Shown here: piece by piece, positions 1 through 6,906 of the stretch
Layout of the letters: each line of letters begins with the position of its first letter
Numbering within the stretch: position 1 is the first letter of the stretch
Source: Bacteriovoracia bacterium
GTDB taxonomy: Bacteria > Bdellovibrionota > Bacteriovoracia > Bacteriovoracales > Bacteriovoracaceae
DNA length: 23,744 nt
Direction: 5' to 3'
Assembly: GCA_046570105.1 (NCBI GenBank)
Contig: JBKHVI010000043.1
Span: 1 to 23,744, forward strand
Translations under genes and position numbers: made by a program
Notes under the pieces: generated by a model
Seen by the model: only the letters and a program-made list of their open reading frames with translations
Databases searched by the model: none
What the model was told of the DNA's origin: nothing

Positions 1-1
1 C

Positions 2-547
2 GCCAAAATGGACGTCAACAGCGGTCGTCTTAAAAAAGTCTTTTCTGAAAATGAAGTGAACTGTTGTGTTCCTGCAGGTGGCACAATTCCACAAAGTGCC
101 AATGCCAATATGTGCTGTACCGGAACGCTCACTAATCAAGACGGCGAAGCTCGTTGTTGCTTGGATGATTTTTCAGACGTAACTCTTTATCTCAATCGAT
201 ATGTCTCTTCTGAAGGTCGTGGCCTTCCAGCAAGTTCTTACGATCCTAAAACGGGATATATTAAAGATCCTGGACAAGTCTTCGCAATAGCTCAGGCCAA
301 AAACCTCTGCTGCTCGGGAAATATTGTTCAAGGTAATGTGATCCATGATCTCTTCATTCCACTGCAAGACGGTAATCGTCTTCCACAAGGAAAATCACGT
401 CGCTTTGCTTATCGTACCGATGCTATTGATAACAATTCTGAAACCGGTTCAATTGGTGATATTTACGATGCAGGCTTGCGTTGGAATACTCACTTCTATT
501 GTGCTCCGGCCGACTATACTCCGCCGGGCCAAGAGCAAGAAAATTAA
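2..547 (+). CDS. C-terminal part of a Cys-rich hypothetical (probably secreted) protein, 5'-truncated by the window edge
   Basis: Frame is open from position 2 (GCC AAA ATG...), so ATG 8 is probably internal. Four CC doublets (NCCVP, MCCTG, RCCLD, LCCSG) plus a further Cys. Stop TAA 545-547. Confidence 0.75.
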   Translation, partial: AKMDVNSGRLKKVFSENEVNCCVPAGGTIPQSANANMCCTGTLTNQDGEARCCLDDFSDVTLYLNRYVSSEGRGLPASSYDPKTGYIKDPGQVFAIAQAKNLCCSGNIVQGNVIHDLFIPLQDGNRLPQGKSRRFAYRTDAIDNNSETGSIGDIYDAGLRWNTHFYCAPADYTPPGQEQEN

Positions 548-1374
548 TTCCAAAGCATCGTCACTAAAATTACAGCTAAAATCACTCGGTAAGCTGTGAA
601 CCAGCCTAGATGAATCCGAGCGATTAATTTCATAAAGTAATGAATGGTTACAAAACCCACTACAAATGAAGTCATTACTCCGCCAAAAAGAATTGCCCAG
701 CTCTGTTGCCCCATTTCAAGACTGTGTTTAATTTCTGGGATCTCGAAAATGACTCCACCAAAAATAACTGGCAATGATAGTAAAAAAGAAAATGCGCCCG
801 CCTCTTTACGATCAATTCCACGCATAAAGGCAGCCGACATCGTTATTCCCGAACGACTGACACCTGGAAAAATCGCCAGCGCTTGAGCGAAACCGATAAA
901 TGCTGAATCTTTAAATTGTAACCCGCGTGAGAAAAAACCTTGCCCTCGTTCTGCGGAGGCATTCTTGCGTTGAAGAAAATCTGCGGCCCACAATAAAATT
1001 CCAAAAAATGCCTGATTAAAAGCGATAAACCAAGGATTTCTACCGTATTCCGTAAACGGTCTAAAACAGAAAATAAAAAATACAGATACACAGGTAGAGA
1101 GTACGAAATTTCTTATAAAATAATGTTCCGCAACCTGAGAGTTAAATTGCGTCAGGGCCGGTTTTAACTGAAGAATAAGTTTTGTAATCTGTTCTCTGAA
1201 ATAGATCACAACTGCCAGAGCTGTTCCAATATGCATGCAAAGATCGAATACGACGCCTGGATCTTTTAACTCCATAAAAAAAGGCAATAGTGCTAAATGC
1301 CCACTTGAACTGACTGGTAAAAATTCTGAAACGCCTTGAATTATTCCGTAAATCAGCGCCGTTAATAGATCCAT
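544..1374 (-). CDS. uppP: Undecaprenyl-diphosphate phosphatase (BacA family)
   Basis: Signature motifs GIIQGVSEFLPVSSSGHL and PGVSRSG; multi-TM, 276 aa. Start overlaps the upstream stop (TAATG). Confidence 0.96.
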   Translation of the reverse strand: MDLLTALIYGIIQGVSEFLPVSSSGHLALLPFFMELKDPGVVFDLCMHIGTALAVVIYFREQITKLILQLKPALTQFNSQVAEHYFIRNFVLSTCVSVFFIFCFRPFTEYGRNPWFIAFNQAFFGILLWAADFLQRKNASAERGQGFFSRGLQFKDSAFIGFAQALAIFPGVSRSGITMSAAFMRGIDRKEAGAFSFLLSLPVIFGGVIFEIPEIKHSLEMGQQSWAILFGGVMTSFVVGFVTIHYFMKLIARIHLGWFTAYRVILAVILVTMLWN

Positions 1375-3671
1375 TAAGGGGCCTTTACTTCTGGATTAAA
1401 AAATGTGCTGTTAGCCGCTTCAAAATGTCCTTTCAACTCTACAAGTTTGTCGCGTAGCTTAGTTAGATTAACATGTGTTGAAGGAGATATTTTACGTTGC
1501 TTAGAAAGCTTGTCTAACACTTCAATCACATTTTTTAGTGACTGCAACAAAGGCTTACGTCCGAATTCTGTTTCTGCTAATTGCACCAGAGGACTGGCTG
1601 CTTCAAAGTACGCACCATAGATTTTTTCGAAATATATCTCTTCTACTTTTTTTCCTGCCGCCGTCTGCGCGATAACATCAATCACCAACGGCAAACCTTC
1701 AATCGCGGGGTTTTGTGGCAAGACCCATAGTGATCGCGCCCAAAGTTCTTTACGTGCCAACTTAACTGCATTGCCACGCTCTTTGGCAGATGCATAGTTC
1801 ACACGAAAAAGGCGCCCCTCCCCCAACTCAATTGGCAACATGATATCAAAAGGCTTCACTCCGGGAACTTCGTAGACCAACATACTGCTTTTTCCGTAAC
1901 GGGCCACACTCCACTCGGCATCTGTGGTCTTGCCAACAAGAAGCTCTAGTTCTTTTCTAAACTCGACAAGTCCCTTAATGAGCGGACCATAAGTCAAAAG
2001 ATGCTCGAGATAATGATCTAACGATAATCGGAAAGAAACTTTTATAAATTCTTCTAATTCGGCACAGAAAGTTAATTGCTGTGCTTCAGACAAAGTAAAC
2101 TTAAGTGAAGAGTTTCCTGTGATCTTCTGGGCCTGCACAAATGACCAGAGTGTAGGAAAGTTTGCTTGCAGCATAGGATTATGTGCCAGCCCAATTGAGA
2201 GCAAACGTTCCCATCGGAAAGTACCATGCAAGACGAGCGGAATTGTTGAACCTTTTTGATGATAGAATGCGAGAGTCGGCGTTAGACTTCTCCCTTTACC
2301 AGACTGAGTCCATGAAAAAAGCGGCAGGACTTTCCATGTGTCTTTGGGCAGAACAAATTGCGCTCTAAACCATTCAGACGAACTGGTTTGCATCTCCACA
2401 ACTTGGGCGTCTCTTTTTCCAGACTTTCCAATCACTGCTTCCGATAGCAAAATTTCGTTTGGCTCTTCTAGTCCACTAAAAAGCGGAGACAACGATAAAC
2501 ATACCAGCGTGAAAGGAATAAAAAGCAACCAAGCGATGAGCATGGCGCCTTTAGACGTAGATATGATGTGAGAAAACGTTACGAGTTCTTTAAATGATCG
2601 ACGAGAAAAGAGCGTTGGGATATCTAGGATCACAAACGGCCAGGTAAAAATCCCTAAAATTTCGCGCAGAACACCTCTAAAGCGAGCAGAAATAAAATCT
2701 CCATAGGCCCGAATCCCGCCCATCCATTGGCCAAGGCTCACTCCCAGCAGCGCCGTAAAGAGAACTCGAAGAGTAAAATAAAGGCTTATCAAATAACTAA
2801 GAGAGAGTTGCTCTTCTGCATCTTTAACAAGCTCAAATAATATTCTCAAAAATTCTTGATAATCTTCTTCTAGCCCATAATCGGCCAGAATCACTTCTAC
2901 AAAGGGAAGTAAATGGTCCTGCATGAAGCCTGGAACAATTTCTAGAATTTCTCGGAATACATCAAACGGTGAAAGCACAATCCAAGCAATGAGAGTCCAG
3001 CAAAAATCTATCAAAATCGCAATCAAGCGAGGAAGTAGATTGGCCGCTAATGTGCGCCCACCCGATATAACCATTATTTTTGGTTTGGATTTATCCCCAG
3101 ATCTCAGCACATCAAGCCGTGCTTTCATTTCCGGGGATTCTTTGGCGGTGATAATTTCACTAGAACCGTCATCCAGTGAGAGCTCAGGCTCGCTAGCTTC
3201 TTCATTTTCCTGTGATAGATTCTCTTCTTCACTCTCCACTTCTTCTACGTCTGAGACTTCCTCATTTTCAGGCTCACTTTCCTCGACGACCTCTTTATGT
3301 AGTTTGAGTTGGATTTGAATTTCACCAAGCATGAGCAAATCGTCAGGCTTAAGTAAGACCGGTTTTCCTTTCGTTAATAAATGATCACCAATCTGAGTAG
3401 CGAGACCACTCCCAAGATCCATAACTGTGACTGCGCCTCGATCTAACTTAAAAGTTGCATGACGGGCGCCTAGGCTTGGATCCTCAATAACGATGTCACC
3501 TGTCTCCGATCCGACAGAAAGCTCAGTCTCAAGGGAATATTCAGGTGAATTCTCTATGTTGGTAAAAACTAAAAAGTACTGTGTAACTGTCCGTAATTCA
3601 GTAGGCCCTTTGGCGGGAGCGCCACCTTTTTTGGGCGGTAGTAAACGCTGAAATAGGCCTCTAAGGTTCAT
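1374..3671 (-). CDS. Membrane protein: degenerate FHA domain + acidic linker + RDD domain + large C-terminal soluble domain
   Basis: FHA-like pattern VGS..GDIVIEDPSLGARHA...VMDLGS; E/S-rich linker; RDD pattern PRLIAILIDF...GVSLGQWMGGIR; several hydrophobic helices. Confidence 0.75.
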   Translation of the reverse strand: MNLRGLFQRLLPPKKGGAPAKGPTELRTVTQYFLVFTNIENSPEYSLETELSVGSETGDIVIEDPSLGARHATFKLDRGAVTVMDLGSGLATQIGDHLLTKGKPVLLKPDDLLMLGEIQIQLKLHKEVVEESEPENEEVSDVEEVESEEENLSQENEEASEPELSLDDGSSEIITAKESPEMKARLDVLRSGDKSKPKIMVISGGRTLAANLLPRLIAILIDFCWTLIAWIVLSPFDVFREILEIVPGFMQDHLLPFVEVILADYGLEEDYQEFLRILFELVKDAEEQLSLSYLISLYFTLRVLFTALLGVSLGQWMGGIRAYGDFISARFRGVLREILGIFTWPFVILDIPTLFSRRSFKELVTFSHIISTSKGAMLIAWLLFIPFTLVCLSLSPLFSGLEEPNEILLSEAVIGKSGKRDAQVVEMQTSSSEWFRAQFVLPKDTWKVLPLFSWTQSGKGRSLTPTLAFYHQKGSTIPLVLHGTFRWERLLSIGLAHNPMLQANFPTLWSFVQAQKITGNSSLKFTLSEAQQLTFCAELEEFIKVSFRLSLDHYLEHLLTYGPLIKGLVEFRKELELLVGKTTDAEWSVARYGKSSMLVYEVPGVKPFDIMLPIELGEGRLFRVNYASAKERGNAVKLARKELWARSLWVLPQNPAIEGLPLVIDVIAQTAAGKKVEEIYFEKIYGAYFEAASPLVQLAETEFGRKPLLQSLKNVIEVLDKLSKQRKISPSTHVNLTKLRDKLVELKGHFEAANSTFFNPEVKAP

Positions 3672-3710
3672 CGATAATCTTCTTGAAAGTACTTAAAATC
3701 ATTCACTTTT

Positions 3711-3738
3711 AGTTTAACTTTTTTTCCCTAATTGCCAA
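3711..3738 (-). promoter_or_regulatory. Candidate sigma70 promoter for the FHA-RDD/uppP operon
   Basis: Minus strand TTGGCA-N16-TAAACT, about 40 nt upstream of ATG 3671. Confidence 0.35.
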
Positions 3739-3814
3739 GGAAAGGAAAAGCCGACCTCAAAACTTAGGTGTTTGGGGCCCTTGGGCTTAAAATAGCTATA
3801 TATCCTAGTGTTTT

Positions 3815-3841
3815 TAATAATTCTGGGCAGTTGACCGATAA
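3815..3841 (+). promoter_or_regulatory. Sigma28 (FliA)-like promoter
   Basis: TAAT(3815-18)-N15-ACCGATAA(3834-41) versus consensus TAAA-N15-GCCGATAA; followed by SD GAAGGA and ATG 3881. Confidence 0.6.
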
Positions 3842-3880
3842 GACATGAAATACGTAAAGGCTGAAACAGAAGGATCCCGC

Positions 3881-6835
3881 ATGAAACAGCGACGCTTTAA
3901 CCGCTCAATCGCTTTACTGGTGGCCACACAAATGGCGCTATCACCGTTGGCCCTCGCCAATCCTACAACTCCACCAGCTGCTGCTGGCCAGACCAAAGCT
4001 GCTGAAAAGCATTGGACTGAGAATGCTGCCGCCATCATGCAGGGTGTGAATATGGTGGGGAGTTCTATTTTGAGTTCTATGCAGCAAGGTCTCGCTGCAC
4101 AGGAAGCTCAAAATAAAATGCGCGCACTTACCAGTCAGATGAATCCTTCTAATTGCGGGCAGGGTGGACAACAAAAACAATGTGTCAGCGAAATCTTTCC
4201 TGAATGTAATATCTTAAACACTCGTCCTAACTTCGTAGAACCTGCTGATTGTACCAACGGTATTGACCCTACCGATCCAGCTTCAAGTGCCAAAGCAGGC
4301 GCAGTAATGGGTTACTACAATCACTACTCGCAAGTTGAAAATATCTATAAGAACTTCAATCTTGAAACCAACGCGACCTCTAATACAGGTATCGGCTGTT
4401 TGAATGCTCGTGCTGATCAATTGGCCCGCTCACTCAAGAAGCGTGAAGACGAAATCGATAACCTCATCAACAAAATGCAGAAGACGCAAGATGAGTTCAA
4501 AAAGAAAACTGAAGCTGACCGCGCTAAGATTGAAGATGCCATGGCACTTCTCGAAGGTGAAGGCTTCAGAGGTGCTAAACGTAACGGTAAAGGCATCCTC
4601 GATCAAAACAGTGTCGATTTTTCTAAGACCTTTAATGATCCGGCCTGTGCTGCCGTCATGACGGCTGAACAATTTAAAACAATGGGCAGTAAGTCAGGTC
4701 TAAAAGGACTTGAGGCCGAGCTTCTTAAAATCGTCAGCAAAAAAGATGGTGGATTTAACGCACAAGAATTCGATAGCACGACAGCTCAAAGTCTCGAAAA
4801 AGATATTCGCAAAATGGCAGATCTCACCGCCAAAGAAATTGAAGTCGGAAATGCCGCTAGCTTCATCGCGAACGGTATCAAGGGACTTCCATCTGCATTT
4901 GGTTTAAGTGATTCGGCTGCATTTAAATCTGCTCTTCTTGAGCAACAAAAAGAAGCCCAACTTAAAGATATTGAAATCTCTCAAGAAGTGAATGCCATTA
5001 CTGAGGGCCGTAGTGCTGGACTAGTGGATACGCTTAAAAACGATCGCGCAGACTTTGAATTCGCTCTCAATAATTGGGAAAGAACTGAAAAAGATGAATG
5101 TCTTCGTAATCAATCAAATATCAGTGCACTACTCTCTAACAGCCTAAAGATCGTCGACCCGTCAGCATCTGGCTCTGCCAAGAAATTTGCTGATAACGCT
5201 TACCGAACATTCATTCAAAATACTCTTGCTCGTACTGATATCTCAATTGAAAAGAAAATGGCGATGATTGCTGAAGAAGAAGGTAAAGGTGGCAATAGCC
5301 GCTACCTAGTTAACACGCAAGCTTCTGCAACCGTTGATGGCGAAGTGGTCAAAGCCTCTACTCGCCTTTCTCCGGCTCGCTTTGTTCAGTTGCATGTTGA
5401 TAACTGTAAAAAACAGTTTGAATCAAACGCTAACGGAAAAGGCTTCAGCGGTCGCCAAGTGGTAGAAAAACTTCGCGAGTCGCGCAATAAGTACAACGCT
5501 TTCCAAAAGACACTGGCCGGCAAAGTGAAGAACTCAGTGGTTGATCGCCTCTTGAACTGTGCTGACTCAACTCAGGCCAATGCTAAAGGTGTCGGTACAT
5601 GTTCATCAAAAGATCTTGCTACTTCAAGTGGTAACTTCTGTGTGAAGCGTGCCAATGCTTGTGCTACCAACATGCGCCAGTGTTTTGCTAAAGCTGAGAA
5701 ACAAGTCAAAGACGTAGTTGCGAAACGTGACCAAGCTGTTGGTCAATACAGAGCAAACCTAGCTAAGAACGAAGAAGACCTCAAAAAGATGTACGCTATG
5801 GTTGAACAAATCACAGCTGTTGATGGTCTCAATATCGCAGCAAGTTTAAAGCAAGGGCTGGTTCTTCCAACTGAAAAGCTGAAATTCCATATCGATCAAG
5901 ATGATGTGAAGCTCGTACGCGGTCTTGAATCAATGGAGATCAAAGATCCAGATCAATATTTTGACCTTATGAAGAACAATCTTCTCTCTCTTAAGGCCCA
6001 AGTCGCTAAGCAAAACCGTGCCGTGCTTAACGGTGACCGTGAAAGCGGACTTGCGAACCAAAACAGCATCGCTCAACAAGGTGTTTACGGCCATATTCAG
6101 AACATCAAACAGAATATGGACAACATCATGGGCGAAATTCAAAACTATAAGCAACAATGTCAAAGCGCATTCCAAGCTTTCGCACAAGGCATGCGTCAGT
6201 CTCGTCAAGCCGCCATGGCAGCTCAACAAAAACAACAACAAGAACAAGCTGAGTACTGTAATCGTGTGAGCACGATGACATCGGCTCCTACCTGCGATAA
6301 CGCCGATCAATTTGACGATATCTTGGCGGCAGCAGCTCAAAAAGGTGACAGCAAAACTGCGCAAAATATTGGATCTTTCAAAAAGTTTTGTCGCGAATCA
6401 GGTGCTGATGCTAACCAAGACGTCATGAGTGTTGGACAATTTGTTCGTAAATCAAAGTCGGGTTCGCTTCAGACTTTCTGTGAAGAAGATAAAAATAAGT
6501 CATCGCAGGCCTGTAAAAACTTCATCCATTATGTAGCCATTTGCAATAGCACGATGAGCGATGATGAGGTTTCGAAATACCGTGCTTATAATAAAGTACA
6601 ACGAAGTGTAGAGTGTACGAAGAGTGCTGACCAATATGAAAAAGCAGTTGTGGCGCACCACCAAGACGACTTTGCACCTACTGAAGAAGAGATTATAGCT
6701 ATGCATACTTCTCTCGGAGAAAATCGCTCGGCTATGTGTGCCTCATACAACACATCAGACAACGCTATCCTCAAAGCCGTTATGGATACAGCTGGTACTG
6801 TTGGACAAGCGATGGGCGCCGGAATAGGTCAGTAA
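3881..6835 (+). CDS. Large secreted coiled-coil, Cys-rich hypothetical protein (~984 aa)
   Basis: Long ORF. ATG 3881 has SD GAAGGA 6 nt upstream and starts a Sec signal peptide MKQRRFNRSIALLVATQMALSPLALA (ALA cleavage). Long K/E/Q/A helical segments; about 22 Cys. Confidence 0.85.
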   Translation: MKQRRFNRSIALLVATQMALSPLALANPTTPPAAAGQTKAAEKHWTENAAAIMQGVNMVGSSILSSMQQGLAAQEAQNKMRALTSQMNPSNCGQGGQQKQCVSEIFPECNILNTRPNFVEPADCTNGIDPTDPASSAKAGAVMGYYNHYSQVENIYKNFNLETNATSNTGIGCLNARADQLARSLKKREDEIDNLINKMQKTQDEFKKKTEADRAKIEDAMALLEGEGFRGAKRNGKGILDQNSVDFSKTFNDPACAAVMTAEQFKTMGSKSGLKGLEAELLKIVSKKDGGFNAQEFDSTTAQSLEKDIRKMADLTAKEIEVGNAASFIANGIKGLPSAFGLSDSAAFKSALLEQQKEAQLKDIEISQEVNAITEGRSAGLVDTLKNDRADFEFALNNWERTEKDECLRNQSNISALLSNSLKIVDPSASGSAKKFADNAYRTFIQNTLARTDISIEKKMAMIAEEEGKGGNSRYLVNTQASATVDGEVVKASTRLSPARFVQLHVDNCKKQFESNANGKGFSGRQVVEKLRESRNKYNAFQKTLAGKVKNSVVDRLLNCADSTQANAKGVGTCSSKDLATSSGNFCVKRANACATNMRQCFAKAEKQVKDVVAKRDQAVGQYRANLAKNEEDLKKMYAMVEQITAVDGLNIAASLKQGLVLPTEKLKFHIDQDDVKLVRGLESMEIKDPDQYFDLMKNNLLSLKAQVAKQNRAVLNGDRESGLANQNSIAQQGVYGHIQNIKQNMDNIMGEIQNYKQQCQSAFQAFAQGMRQSRQAAMAAQQKQQQEQAEYCNRVSTMTSAPTCDNADQFDDILAAAAQKGDSKTAQNIGSFKKFCRESGADANQDVMSVGQFVRKSKSGSLQTFCEEDKNKSSQACKNFIHYVAICNSTMSDDEVSKYRAYNKVQRSVECTKSADQYEKAVVAHHQDDFAPTEEEIIAMHTSLGENRSAMCASYNTSDNAILKAVMDTAGTVGQAMGAGIGQ

Positions 6836-6867
6836 TTTACTCAGACTATAAGGCGACTAGAAGTCCC

Positions 6868-6895
6868 TATAGTAAGCCCACCAAAGTGCCGATAA
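6868..6895 (+). promoter_or_regulatory. Sigma28 (FliA)-like promoter
   Basis: Perfect -10 GCCGATAA at 6888-6895; TATAGTAA 12 nt upstream resembles the extended -35 TAAAGTTT; lies in the intergenic gap. Confidence 0.6.
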
Positions 6896-6906
6896 AGCAG
6901 GTGGAT

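Noticed and set aside
3611..3632. Plus-strand hairpin TGGCG-GGAG-CGCCA with T-tract
   Set aside because: Only a 5-bp stem, antisense within a CDS, with no plus-strand gene to terminate.
3881..3905. Possible Tat motif KQRRFNR
   Set aside because: Does not fit S/T-R-R-x-F-L-K; an ordinary Sec signal is more likely.
6224..6247. CAA-rich microsatellite
   Set aside because: Imperfect and in-frame; simply encodes QQKQQQEQ in a helical segment.
6736..6906. N-terminal extension of the protease ORF (957 aa)
   Set aside because: Overlaps the previous gene by 100 nt, crosses the sigma28-like promoter and would put the lipobox about 90 residues from the start.
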